A DNA stretch of 57,287 nucleotides from a virus (lineage: Duplodnaviria; Caudoviricetes): the IMG/VR virus record IMGVR_UViG_3300025869_000014, positions 1-57,287 of that record, one strand, 5' to 3'. This document shows positions 9,813 to 19,200 of this stretch, one piece after another (position 1 is the first letter of the stretch; every line of letters starts with the position of its first letter). A program made the translations under genes and the position numbers. The notes under the pieces are model-generated. The model was given only the letters and a program-made list of their open reading frames with translations, was not told the origin of the DNA and ran no database searches.

Positions 9813-9829
9813 AGGGGGCAAAGCCCCCT
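9813..9829 (-). terminator. GC hairpin with short U tract (weak terminator or mRNA-stability hairpin)
   Basis: AGGGGGC-TTT-GCCCCCT followed by TTATT on the minus strand. Confidence 0.45.
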
Positions 9830-9835
9830 ATACAA

Positions 9836-10291
9836 TTAAGAAAGGTTATTGTTTTGGATATAAAGGACAGTAGCTGTAGCTGCTCCAGTAGTACCATCTT
9901 CGTTACCCGCAACAAAGTCAGCATAAACATAAATGTCTGTCGTACCAACGTCCGTGGCTTCCGTATCAAGAGTACCGTGAGTAGTGGCTAGTGCCTTAAC
10001 GTTAGTTGCAGATATAAATGCATCTCCGTCAGCAGAAGTTCCTACTGCTACTGTAGCAGTGCCGCCATCATTGCTTACAGTTGTAACGTTTAAAATAACA
10101 TCCACAATCTGTGAGTTTGCTGGAACAACAGCAACTTGCTGATTTAAAGCGTCTGCGCCAATAATATCTAGAACGGCTGATTGCGCCATAACAACAGATC
10201 CAACGTTTGCTACATCAGTGCCAACGGTAGATCCAGTAGTATCTTTAAGAGTTCCAGCTTTAATTGGGCCAGAAAAAGTAGTAGTTCCCAT
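9836..10291 (-). CDS. Capsid-associated (decoration-like) protein
   Basis: 151 aa, MGTTTFSGPIKAG...PANSQIVD; follows the major capsid gene. Confidence 0.65.
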   Translation of the reverse strand: MGTTTFSGPIKAGTLKDTTGSTVGTDVANVGSVVMAQSAVLDIIGADALNQQVAVVPANSQIVDVILNVTTVSNDGGTATVAVGTSADGDAFISATNVKALATTHGTLDTEATDVGTTDIYVYADFVAGNEDGTTGAATATVLYIQNNNLS

Positions 10292-10345
10292 GTGATTTCT
10301 CCTGTCTTGGGATTGTCAGTGTTTCATGTGAAACATCTGTCAGGA
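10292..10345 (-). ncRNA. Structured leader downstream of the capsid gene (candidate Mu-gpT-DE-type element)
   Basis: UCCUG/CAGGA stem covering the SD, inner CAG-A-UGUUUC/GAAACA-CUG stem, three GACA motifs. Confidence 0.45.
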
Positions 10346-10348
10346 ATT

Positions 10349-10357
10349 ATTATAACA
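10349..10357 (-). promoter_or_regulatory. Extended -10 promoter TGTTATAAT
   Basis: Perfect TGnTATAAT immediately after the capsid terminator. Confidence 0.55.
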
Positions 10358-10380
10358 AAAAGGGGGCTAATGCCCCCCTT
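10357..10380 (-). terminator. Rho-independent terminator after the major capsid gene
   Basis: AAGGGGGGC-ATTA-GCCCCC-TTTTT. Confidence 0.8.
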
Positions 10381-10384
10381 AAGT

Positions 10385-11323
10385 TTAACTTGAACCGGGA
10401 GACCCGTAAACTCCAAGTGGATCAGATACTCCAAACGAGTAACGTTCACGCGCTTTATAGCGCACGTTACCTGTATCGAAGTCACCGTCCATAGAAGTTT
10501 CAAGTGCGGTTCTTTCAAAGTGCTTCATACCATTAGGGATATCCGTAATGATAAAGAAAGCGTTGCTGTCGGTGAGGTAATGATTAACGCTATAACCTTC
10601 TGGGATTGCGCCCATATTGCGAATAGAGTTAATGTCATTATCTGCTGTGCCAACTCGCTGAGTAGATTCAAGCAAGCGATCTGCTGTAAACATCAAAGCG
10701 GGTGGAACAATCAAACGACGAGGGCGAGCAGCAATTAACAAACCTCTTTCATCAGTGAATGCTGCAATATCAATAATTGCATTTTCCAAAGATGTTTCAT
10801 TAAGGTCAGCAGCCGTCACAGGACGGTTGTTGTTTTTGCCACCACTAACCAAGGGGTGACCATCACCTCCGGTTACTCCGTCACCAGATGCAGTGAACAG
10901 GTTTACACCATCACCAGACTGATAACTATTTGAGAAGCCATTGTTAAGAGGGAATACCGACTTAACTTGCTTCGTGTATGCCATAGCGCGAGCAAGAGCT
11001 TTGGTGTAGCGAGCAGAAAGCGAATCGTAAAGATTATCTTCCATTGCTTCTTCAGTAATACTGAAGCCCATAGCAATTGTTTCGTGGTTATAGCGAGCTG
11101 TAAAAGACTCCTGTGCAGAGTCATAACTGATGGCAGAGCCTTCAGCTTTAACTGGTGCAGCAGCAAATCCAGACAGCTTTACTTCTTCTTCAAAAGAACG
11201 ATCAGAACTTTCTGTCTCATAAATGAGAGTGTGTTCATCTTCGTACTTCTCATACTCCAAACCAAATAAGGCATTAAGCCCCGGCAGGAGTTCTTTAAGC
11301 ATTTGCGCTCTTGAAATAGCCAT
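10385..11323 (-). CDS. Major capsid protein (Mu gpT-like, HK97 fold)
   Basis: 312 aa MAISRAQMLKELLPGLNALFGLEY...DFDTGNVRYKARERYSFGVSDP; position after scaffold. Confidence 0.88.
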   Translation of the reverse strand: MAISRAQMLKELLPGLNALFGLEYEKYEDEHTLIYETESSDRSFEEEVKLSGFAAAPVKAEGSAISYDSAQESFTARYNHETIAMGFSITEEAMEDNLYDSLSARYTKALARAMAYTKQVKSVFPLNNGFSNSYQSGDGVNLFTASGDGVTGGDGHPLVSGGKNNNRPVTAADLNETSLENAIIDIAAFTDERGLLIAARPRRLIVPPALMFTADRLLESTQRVGTADNDINSIRNMGAIPEGYSVNHYLTDSNAFFIITDIPNGMKHFERTALETSMDGDFDTGNVRYKARERYSFGVSDPLGVYGSPGSS

Positions 11324-11336
11324 TACTTAATTCTCC

Positions 11337-11924
11337 TTATACGCCAAGCTTGGTTTCGTAAGCGTGACTCAAAGGCAGATAAGTCACGATGCAGTCAGTA
11401 TAGGCATCGCCTACAGCACTGGTCGGGCCATCTACGAAGTCAACGATACGCAGTGGAAGTGTATTAGTCGTAGCAATAGAGCCGCCATCTAGCGCGTTTC
11501 TGCTTCGACCGATTGAAGTTGATCCAGCAGTGCTAACCGCTGAAACGTTGTTGCCTAATCCAGTCTGAGCAATTGCTTCGTCAGCCTGCATGCGGAACAG
11601 CAGCTTAGGATCATCAACAACATACGCAACAATATCCGAAGCGGCAGTTGACGCTGGGAAGTATTGAGCAAATGTTTTCTGGTTGGTATTAGGATCTGTG
11701 TAAGCACAACCTACAAAGATTCCAACGGTGCCAGCAACAACAGAAGTTGTTACAGCGGCTTTTTCAACAGTGCCAGCAGCAACTAACTTTACGAAATCGC
11801 CGTAAAAGATAGCAGTGCCATAACCACTTGCAATTTTGATATGACGAACTTTGCCCGTAAACGAGCCACTCGCACTCAAAGTATCAACTGGTTCGGCACC
11901 CATAGGGGTTGCAGTAGTAGCCAT
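11337..11924 (-). CDS. Capsid-region structural protein (minor capsid/cement)
   Basis: 195 aa, IASGYGTAIFYGDFVK...AYVVDDP. Confidence 0.65.
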   Translation of the reverse strand: MATTATPMGAEPVDTLSASGSFTGKVRHIKIASGYGTAIFYGDFVKLVAAGTVEKAAVTTSVVAGTVGIFVGCAYTDPNTNQKTFAQYFPASTAASDIVAYVVDDPKLLFRMQADEAIAQTGLGNNVSAVSTAGSTSIGRSRNALDGGSIATTNTLPLRIVDFVDGPTSAVGDAYTDCIVTYLPLSHAYETKLGV

Positions 11925-11964
11925 TATTGGCCTCCTTACTTATTAGAAGCCTCTCTTTTTGAGA

Positions 11965-12420
11965 TTAACTTCTGCCAAAAGTTGTTCTCGTATTTCGCTC
12001 AGGTTTCATAAGCGGCATACGAGGATCATTTTCACGCAAGAAGTTGTTATCAACGGACTCCATCTGATTTGCTGCAACTCTTTCAAAGTGTTCAGTTCGT
12101 GACTTGATCTTCTCCGCAGGAGCTTTACAAAGTAACAAACCGCCAACTTCAACATTGCCGACAAATCTTGAGTTAAGATCTGACACAAGTTCTAGTTCTG
12201 GATGATCTTCTGCCTTTACAGGAATCCAACCTTCTCTCATTGATCTAGAAACGTTTGTGTTATCAGATTGACCCAAAATACTAGTCCGAATCCAACGAAA
12301 TGTCCAACCATCCTGTTCCTTTGGTGTAGGCAAAATAGATGCCGGAGACCAACTGTCGTCTGATCGGTACTGTTCTTCTTTTCGCGTGTTGTTTTCTCTG
12401 GGGGTGCGCTCTGTTGCCAT
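11965..12420 (-). CDS. Conserved head-morphogenesis protein
   Basis: 151 aa, FRWIR...REGWIPV...VGGLLLCK. Confidence 0.65.
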   Translation of the reverse strand: MATERTPRENNTRKEEQYRSDDSWSPASILPTPKEQDGWTFRWIRTSILGQSDNTNVSRSMREGWIPVKAEDHPELELVSDLNSRFVGNVEVGGLLLCKAPAEKIKSRTEHFERVAANQMESVDNNFLRENDPRMPLMKPERNTRTTFGRS

Positions 12421-12432
12421 TACCTTTCTCCT

Positions 12433-13485
12433 TTAGAGTAGCTCGGCTTGTCGGGCATACTGTTCGTTTGTAACTCCAAGTCGCTTGGCGAGGGCTACTT
12501 GAGTGGCCGTTAACCGTACTTTGCGCGGTTTAGCACCATTGTTCCTTGCGGAAGATGCTACCACCGTCGAGGGTCTACCAGTTGTCACGGACGCGCTACG
12601 GCCATTCGTATCGCTTGAATCCAACCAGTCGTAATCTGGAAATGCCGACTTAACCTTGTTATCAATGTAATCAAAATATTCTTTTGATCTCACATCAACA
12701 CCTGATCGAACGGCCTGCGTGTGCGCTCCATACGCTAACGCAGTCATATCTTCATAGCCTTCAGCCATGAACCAATTATTTTTTTGTGCCCATTGTTCTG
12801 CTTCAGGTGTAACTTGAGGCTGAACTTGCTGCTGCTGTGCAGCTACATTTTGAGCAGCTCTTCTAGCAATATCCTGCTGATAAGCTTGTTGTTGATAAGC
12901 TTGAGCATTCTGAGCTTGAGCATTTAAGTTGTTTTTATACTTTTCAATATCTGAAATTTCAGACTGAGCCCTAAGCATTTGCTCTTGAGTATTTACAACT
13001 CCATCCGTATCGCCTTCTTCATAGGCTTTACGATACCCTTCTTTTGCTTGAGCAAGATGCAGCTGAGCTCGTTCTCTAATTTGATCAACTAAAGCGGCTT
13101 CACCTCTTGTAATAAGAGACTCTTGCTCTTGAGCTTTGCTTGCATATTGCTGAGCAACCTTAACAGCTTCTTCCCGCATTCTTTCTGCGGACTCTCGCTG
13201 ACGGCGCTCTTCATGATAATCAAACTTAAGCTTGTTAAGTCTTTTCTGAACCTTGTCAGAATACTGACCAAGTTCTTCATCATCATCTTCAGAAGATTGA
13301 GAGGCTTTTGCAGGTCTCCTGTCTTCTTGAGGACGGTCATCAACTATCTCAAACTCGTACTCGCTAGACTCAGAGCCTGTATCAGCTTCTTTCTTTTTTC
13401 CGTGCGTAGTTTTTATGCCGAAAAATTTATCTTCTGCGCTATGAGAAGAATCCTCAGAACTTTCGTTTTCTAATAATTCACTCAT
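12433..13485 (-). CDS. Capsid scaffolding protein (putative)
   Basis: 350 aa acidic coiled coil, C-terminal VRLTATQVALAKRLGVTNEQYA; between portal and capsid. Confidence 0.7.
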   Translation of the reverse strand: MSELLENESSEDSSHSAEDKFFGIKTTHGKKKEADTGSESSEYEFEIVDDRPQEDRRPAKASQSSEDDDEELGQYSDKVQKRLNKLKFDYHEERRQRESAERMREEAVKVAQQYASKAQEQESLITRGEAALVDQIRERAQLHLAQAKEGYRKAYEEGDTDGVVNTQEQMLRAQSEISDIEKYKNNLNAQAQNAQAYQQQAYQQDIARRAAQNVAAQQQQVQPQVTPEAEQWAQKNNWFMAEGYEDMTALAYGAHTQAVRSGVDVRSKEYFDYIDNKVKSAFPDYDWLDSSDTNGRSASVTTGRPSTVVASSARNNGAKPRKVRLTATQVALAKRLGVTNEQYARQAELL

Positions 13486-13859
13486 GCTTTAACAATCCCC
13501 CTTGGATCTTCAACTACAGCTTCGACACTGTCATCGTTGATTAACCTAAACTCTTTGCCGTGAACTTTGAATCGAGTACCTGAATAAGATCTCATTATGA
13601 TCCAATCGCCATCTTTGCAAAAAGAGCCGGAAGGAAATCTGTTTGGATCATTGTAGCAATCTGGCCCCATTTTAAGAACCATGCCACAAATAGATCCAAG
13701 CTCTTCTTCTTGAATAGTCTTCATAGACTTAATAATCCCGCCATCATACTCTGACTCAGGATTTGGTAGCGCAATCAATATCTTGTAGCCCTTAGGCTCA
13801 GGCAGTTGAGTTGCGTTTCGAGACTCTTCAGTCTCTATTGGCTGAGCAGCTTCGCTCAT
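13482..13859 (-). CDS. groES: Co-chaperonin GroES-like
   Basis: P.GYKILI...GGII...GDWIIMRSYSGTRFKVHGKEFRLINDDSVEAVV; start ATG 13859 after AAGGAG. Confidence 0.85.
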   Translation of the reverse strand: MSEAAQPIETEESRNATQLPEPKGYKILIALPNPESEYDGGIIKSMKTIQEEELGSICGMVLKMGPDCYNDPNRFPSGSFCKDGDWIIMRSYSGTRFKVHGKEFRLINDDSVEAVVEDPRGIVKA

Positions 13860-13867
13860 ATCTTCTC

Positions 13868-13920
13868 CTTGCATCGGGATAACGCCCGAAGTCGCTTGCA
13901 CTAGGAAACGCCTAGAGTCG
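13868..13920 (-). promoter_or_regulatory. Tandem covarying RNA hairpins upstream of groES
   Basis: CGACU-CUAGG-CGUUU-CCUAG-UGCAAG then CGACU-UCGGG-CGUUAU-CCCGA-UGCAAG(GAG). Confidence 0.6.
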
Positions 13921-14118
13921 TTATTGCGCTCTCTCATATCGAGACTTAGCGTCCAAGATCTCTCGCTCTGCTTGAGCTAGACCTTGTATTATTCCGCAGC
14001 ACTTAGTGTACTCCGGATAATCTTTACATCCACCACTGCTTATGTGGTCATTGATGTCTTTCATTTGATCGTTAACATTTGACCTTAAATAGTCAAACAT
14101 GTCTACTTCTTTTGTCAT
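13921..14118 (-). CDS. Small conserved protein downstream of portal
   Basis: 65 aa, G.CKDYPEY...GIIQGL. Confidence 0.7.
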   Translation of the reverse strand: MTKEVDMFDYLRSNVNDQMKDINDHISSGGCKDYPEYTKCCGIIQGLAQAEREILDAKSRYERAQ

Positions 14119-16586
14119 TTATTACCCATAATATCTTTTGCAACTTCAACGCCTAACTTAGCGCCAGAAAGCTGATCTTGTGCAGCTATCCTTGCTGATT
14201 CAAGTTCTTCCCTAGAATTTGTTTCAGCTATCTTTGCGCCAAGCTTTGCTGTTTCTAGTCGCTCTTGTTGATCTAGTTTTTCTTTATCAAGCTGAGCCTT
14301 AGCCATTGCTTTTTGCATATCAAGCTCTATCTTAGCCATTTCTGACTGCGCTTTTTGCTGAACTTCCTGTTGTTTAATCTGAAGTTCCTGCATTTGCATT
14401 TGAACAATAGGGTCTTGCATATTCTTTTGTGCTTGTTCTGCTTGCTGTTCTTTTGCAGCTTTGCCTGTTATTTGCGCTGCAGCAGGCGCTACTAGTCTAG
14501 ATATTCTGTATTCAATATCCTCAGGCAGCGATTCGTTTGGACTAGGAAGCTCTACGCCCAATTCTTTTTCGACTTCTTGTCTGTACTTAAATGCTAAATG
14601 CTCTTGAACATGTGCCGCCATTTCTGCAATTGCTTTCTTTGCATTAGGACTCTTGCCCATAATCTCCATAACCTGAGGGTTCTCAGTTAGGCTCATGTGA
14701 GTTTGAATATGAGCTTCGTGATCTTGGTAGATAAACGCCTTAAGCGGCTTGCCATTAATAATGTCCATGTTTTCACTGACTGGATCAGTGGGCTTCATGT
14801 CTTTTTCTGTAGGAACAATCTTATCTGCGTCCTGAATGCCTAGGATATCCAGCATTTGACGGTGCAATAACGGCATGTCGTACATTTCGGGTGCTTGAGC
14901 GGCTAATTGTAGCGCCGCTTGGTACTGCATTATCCTTTGAGCCATCGTTCCAGCGTTAGGATCACTAACGGGTATGATGTCTACACGGTCATCGAAGTCC
15001 TCGGACACTAAATCGTTGCTATCAGGCAGGTATGGGTACTTTTCTGGGCCAAAATCACGGACAAGACCGCTTAATATACGCAATTCTACCCGCATAGAAG
15101 CGTGTAATCGGGCCTGAATCGCGCTCATAACCTTCATTGACCGCTCTAGTATAGCCAATGTTGTCCCGACAGGTGCTTCTGCGTTCATATCTGCTGCTTT
15201 TACGTCTCCTGCGGACGCAAATCGCCTGCCTTCTTCTACAATGTCGCCCATTAACTGATATAGAACGTTACTTGGCTCTTTGTAAGGCAAATAACTAATG
15301 TTATCCCTGATTGCACCGCCCGGAACGTCTACATCCCGGAATTCTCCCGGCATAATTGGCGTATCGTCGCCTTTAATTCTAAGTCCTCTAGACTTAAGAC
15401 CGCCCGGAAGGTTGGACAGAGTACCTGCGTCTACTAATTGGCGCAGCAAAGAGGTAGCAGACTTGGCTAATCCTCCAATCATGTGGATTAAACCAAATCC
15501 ATAGAATCCTAGTCCGGGAACGTACTGGTAATGAACAAAATGTTCTCGCTTAATCTTAAGATCATCTCCTTCATACCAGTTTCTTCTTATAGACAGGACA
15601 TCTCTAGAGCCTGAATCAATAGAAACAACATAAGGTAAGGCTATTCCGGTAGGTTCGCCGTTTTCTTCGTCTTCAAATCCCAAAAGATCTAAGTTAACTT
15701 GGATCTCAAGTATCGTGTGTCTAGAGTCAAGGTCATAACTGGCACTATCGCCAGTCAATCTGTTGTATTTTTCCTGTATTTCATCAACATTATTTGATGG
15801 TGCCCCAAGATCTATGTCTCTATAGAATCCTGACACTTGCAACTTGCGAATCTCATTAGACGAACGCTTCATTATATGCGTTGCTCTTTCACAAGTTGTT
15901 AAATCGGCAGCGCCATAGCTAACAACAAAGTCTTCAGCCGGGACAAACATGCTGCAGGGTCTGCCCATACCGGGATCGTAGTAAATTTTTCTAAACGCAC
16001 TGCCTGCTAAGGGCAAAGAAAACAACATCTTTTCTGTTTCAGAGCGATACTCTGTCATCTTTTCTGTTAGCAAGTAGTTTAAATAGTTCTGGACTCTATA
16101 AGCCTGCTTTTCCTTATCGTCTGTGATCGTGCCAACAACAGATGTTTTTACAGGGCCGCTTGCAGGAAACAGTTCTTGTATAGATTGTGACTGGAACTTA
16201 ATAACTGAATCAGATAGTAGCGGGTGAAAAACTCCGCAGGCTCCATCCCAAGGCGTAGTTCTGTCCTCGTTTTTTAGCCCAAGAAGATCAAGACCGTCAA
16301 CGTAAGCTCTTTCCCAATCAGCCCTGCTTTCTTTGTCTGCTTTAAACTGTCCAATTAAATCTGAAGCAATTGTATTTAGTTCTGCCTCATCAACAACATC
16401 AGCTAGGTTAGCGTCATGAGGAAGCATCCCTAGTGAAGCTAGTGTGCTTGCATCCGGATCAAAATCTAAAATAACGCCGCCATCTTCTGTTTCAATAGAA
16501 ACGGCTTCGGGATTTTCTATTTCAATCTCAAGACCCTGTCCTTCCCCTATTAAGGGATTGGAGCGCAAACTTCTATCAATAGCCAT
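14115..16586 (-). CDS. Portal protein
   Basis: 823 aa; SRADWE...PWDGACGVFHPLL...GSAFRKIYYD...GFYGFGL, C-terminal Gln-rich coil; follows TerL. Confidence 0.88.
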   Translation of the reverse strand: MAIDRSLRSNPLIGEGQGLEIEIENPEAVSIETEDGGVILDFDPDASTLASLGMLPHDANLADVVDEAELNTIASDLIGQFKADKESRADWERAYVDGLDLLGLKNEDRTTPWDGACGVFHPLLSDSVIKFQSQSIQELFPASGPVKTSVVGTITDDKEKQAYRVQNYLNYLLTEKMTEYRSETEKMLFSLPLAGSAFRKIYYDPGMGRPCSMFVPAEDFVVSYGAADLTTCERATHIMKRSSNEIRKLQVSGFYRDIDLGAPSNNVDEIQEKYNRLTGDSASYDLDSRHTILEIQVNLDLLGFEDEENGEPTGIALPYVVSIDSGSRDVLSIRRNWYEGDDLKIKREHFVHYQYVPGLGFYGFGLIHMIGGLAKSATSLLRQLVDAGTLSNLPGGLKSRGLRIKGDDTPIMPGEFRDVDVPGGAIRDNISYLPYKEPSNVLYQLMGDIVEEGRRFASAGDVKAADMNAEAPVGTTLAILERSMKVMSAIQARLHASMRVELRILSGLVRDFGPEKYPYLPDSNDLVSEDFDDRVDIIPVSDPNAGTMAQRIMQYQAALQLAAQAPEMYDMPLLHRQMLDILGIQDADKIVPTEKDMKPTDPVSENMDIINGKPLKAFIYQDHEAHIQTHMSLTENPQVMEIMGKSPNAKKAIAEMAAHVQEHLAFKYRQEVEKELGVELPSPNESLPEDIEYRISRLVAPAAAQITGKAAKEQQAEQAQKNMQDPIVQMQMQELQIKQQEVQQKAQSEMAKIELDMQKAMAKAQLDKEKLDQQERLETAKLGAKIAETNSREELESARIAAQDQLSGAKLGVEVAKDIMGNK

Positions 16587-16864
16587 TAGCCATCCTTTCT
16601 AAATACTTGAGGTCTTGCTGCACCAGAACCACGAGCCATTGTTTTGCCTCCAGTCTTACCACCTTTAGCCATGCCTTTGGTTTTGCCGCCCATAAAATAA
16701 CCCTTAGCGCCCGGAACTTTTCGACCAGCACTCATCTTGCCAACGCCATCAGCAGCAAAGAAAGGAACCTCTTTACCCTGTTTGTTGGTGGTCATTTTTA
16801 ATTTACCGCCATTGGACATGCCTTTGGTCTTACCACCCGACATGTAACCTTTAGTTTTCTTCAT
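16586..16864 (-). CDS. Small basic protein with repeated M/F-x-x-GG motifs
   Basis: 92 aa; contains VPFFAADGVGKM. Confidence 0.7.
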   Translation of the reverse strand: MKKTKGYMSGGKTKGMSNGGKLKMTTNKQGKEVPFFAADGVGKMSAGRKVPGAKGYFMGGKTKGMAKGGKTGGKTMARGSGAARPQVFRKDG

Positions 16865-17542
16865 TTAATCCTCACTGTACAAGTTGTCAAAAACTCGCTT
16901 TGTGTCATGAATATACTCTACATCATCTTTCGAGTTGTAGGTTCGTTGATTAGGTCTAAAGTCTGGCGCACCAACCCCAGTCTCAAACCAAGCTGGATGC
17001 GTAACTCTTACCCTGTTATTAGGCAGCGCAACAATATTTCCTGTGTACTCCCCAGCGTCAAGCAGCTCTAGCACATGACTTTGTTTGTGCTGTGCTGGGT
17101 CATCCGCTACTTCGTTATCGGTATAGTCTACAGTAAAATAATACTTTGCGGGGTAAAACTCTCCGTCTACTTTGGCAAGCCAAGGCGCTGGGCTTGCTCT
17201 TTCTATCTGATAAACCGCATGGGTATGTGACATACAGTCCCAAGGCTGTGCTGCCCAGACAGGTAACTCCTTAGGCCACTCTTCAAAAGGAGTGTCGCCT
17301 ACTAATGCGGTGATGGGCATTCTTGCCCACATGGCCCCGCCATGAATGTTTTGCTGATCTTCCTCATCGTAAGTTTCAGCGCCAGTAAAAATAACCTGAA
17401 AGCTTAAGCATCTTTTTGGCATTGTTGTAACAGCCACAACCATTGCATGCAAAAACTCTCCATGATACTTCTGGTTGTTATGCGTGTATTCTTTTCTAAC
17501 CCAGCATTTAAAGTACGGAATGTTACTTTGTAAGAAGGCCAT
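16865..17542 (-). CDS. Conserved hypothetical phage protein
   Basis: 225 aa MAFLQSNIPYFKCWVRKEY...GAMWARMPI...HKQSH...ALPNNR. Confidence 0.75.
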   Translation of the reverse strand: MAFLQSNIPYFKCWVRKEYTHNNQKYHGEFLHAMVVAVTTMPKRCLSFQVIFTGAETYDEEDQQNIHGGAMWARMPITALVGDTPFEEWPKELPVWAAQPWDCMSHTHAVYQIERASPAPWLAKVDGEFYPAKYYFTVDYTDNEVADDPAQHKQSHVLELLDAGEYTGNIVALPNNRVRVTHPAWFETGVGAPDFRPNQRTYNSKDDVEYIHDTKRVFDNLYSED

Positions 17543-19053
17543 TAGTAATACTCAGCCTTCTTGGAATAAAACGGCTCGTCTTCTTCGTCGCTATTTAGCT
17601 TTAAGAATCCACCTTGCCTAAATCTTAGTAGCGCCTGTGTAGAGGAATCCACTAAGTCATCGTGTTCTCCAGCAGGGAAAGCTGCAAACTCTTCTATCAC
17701 TTCCTCTGCAAATCTTAATTCGGGTGCCCAAACAATCCCGGATGCAAACAAATCTGATACAGCATTTACCCTAGAAATCTTGTCGTTACCTCTAGAGGGG
17801 GTGTATTCAGAAACAGGTATGCCCATAGATCTTAATTCAAAGATTAACGGTGTGCCTGCCGCCTTGGCTTCTACAATAAACGCATCCGGTTGCCAGTCAA
17901 CCCACATATCGTAAGCTTTTCTTTTAAGCTCTGGAAACTCCAGTCTTTCTTTATGGGCATCTAAAAGAATAATATTTGGCTGTTCAATGCCAGATCCGTC
18001 CGGGTGGTAAAATACGCCCCACGTTGTGCAAGCAGAGAAGTCAGCTCTTTGGGTTTTAAGAAAAGCGGTGTCCCAAGACTGAATAATAAACTCGCACATT
18101 GGCGGATTATCTTTTTCCCAGACCTTCCACCACTCTCTTTTAACTAACGCGCCTTCTTCTGATGTTGGATTCTGCTGATACTGAGCATTCCATTTAGGTG
18201 CAGGTAACTCATTCTTTAGCGCATCCAGCTCTTCTTTCGGCCAAAACTCAGGCCATAAAGGCTCATTAGAAGGCATTAAAGCCGGGAACTCTATAAGCTC
18301 CCACTCATCTGAACCTGCTCTTTGTAAAGATGATTTGAGAATCTGACCTGTCAAATCCCGTTTATGCCAACGAGTCATCACAAGTACAATAGCGCCTCCG
18401 GGTTGAAGGCGCTGTCGAGGCCCAGAGGTGTACCAGTCATAGACGCGATCAAAGACTGACGAGTCTGAGCTTTGACCTTCCTGCTCACTATGAGGGTCGT
18501 CGATCACAAGAAGGTCTGCGCCTTTACCTGTGACTGCGCCACCAACACCGATGGCAAAATATTCACCACCCTTGTTTGTACTCCATCGACCAGCGGCCTT
18601 AGAGTCAGACCTCAACAGCACGTTCTGGAATATAGACTTATAGTCATCACTGTTCACAAGGTTTCTAACCTTACGACCAAAGCCAACACTAAGCTCTGCG
18701 GTGTGAGCAGTTTGAATTATCTTCTTTTCAGGGTAGTTGCCTAAAAACCAAGCCGGGAGAAGGAATGAAGCAAACTCAGACTTGGTATGCCTTGGCGGCA
18801 TATTAACTATTAGTCTTTTAAGATCCCCACTGGCAACCCTATCAAAAGCGTCCGCCATTATTTTGTGGTGCCTACCCTCAATAAAAGCAGGCCAAACCTT
18901 ATTAACAAATCCTATAAAGCTATCCCTAGCGTCTTGCTTCTTTTCAGCATCATCCAACTCTTCAAGAAGAAGTAAGATCTCTTCCTGATCCTTAGCTGGT
19001 AGCTTATCAATATTCTGCAATAGACTAGGATCTATTCTATCTTCTATAGCCAT
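17542..19053 (-). CDS. terL: Terminase large subunit
   Basis: NMPPRHTKSE Walker A variant, LLVIDDP Walker B, MTRWH, SWDTA and HDDLVDS nuclease motifs. Confidence 0.95.
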   Translation of the reverse strand: MAIEDRIDPSLLQNIDKLPAKDQEEILLLLEELDDAEKKQDARDSFIGFVNKVWPAFIEGRHHKIMADAFDRVASGDLKRLIVNMPPRHTKSEFASFLLPAWFLGNYPEKKIIQTAHTAELSVGFGRKVRNLVNSDDYKSIFQNVLLRSDSKAAGRWSTNKGGEYFAIGVGGAVTGKGADLLVIDDPHSEQEGQSSDSSVFDRVYDWYTSGPRQRLQPGGAIVLVMTRWHKRDLTGQILKSSLQRAGSDEWELIEFPALMPSNEPLWPEFWPKEELDALKNELPAPKWNAQYQQNPTSEEGALVKREWWKVWEKDNPPMCEFIIQSWDTAFLKTQRADFSACTTWGVFYHPDGSGIEQPNIILLDAHKERLEFPELKRKAYDMWVDWQPDAFIVEAKAAGTPLIFELRSMGIPVSEYTPSRGNDKISRVNAVSDLFASGIVWAPELRFAEEVIEEFAAFPAGEHDDLVDSSTQALLRFRQGGFLKLNSDEEDEPFYSKKAEYY

Positions 19054-19200
19054 ACTTAAAACTTAGCCCTCTACTTAGTCTTAGTTGCCTACTTATACTT
19101 AGCAGGCTACTTAATAGTAGACTCCTAAGATATTGCACACCTAGTGTCGTTCCCCTCAAGGGAAACGACCTAGACTACTTCGTCTTAGTAGCCTACTTAG
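19052..19200. repeat. Degenerate 18-bp repeats (consensus about CTACTTAGTCTTAGTAGC) flanking a hairpin
   Basis: CTACTT at 19071, 19089, 19107 and 19175, 19193; hairpin GTCGTTCCC...GGGAAACGAC at 19146-19169. Confidence 0.7.

Noticed and set aside
13860-13937. N-terminal extension of GroES in the ORF track
   Set aside because: The SD precedes ATG 13859; the extension covers the RNA hairpin element
19052-19200. Mini-CRISPR array
   Set aside because: Repeats are degenerate, contiguous 18-mers without unique spacers
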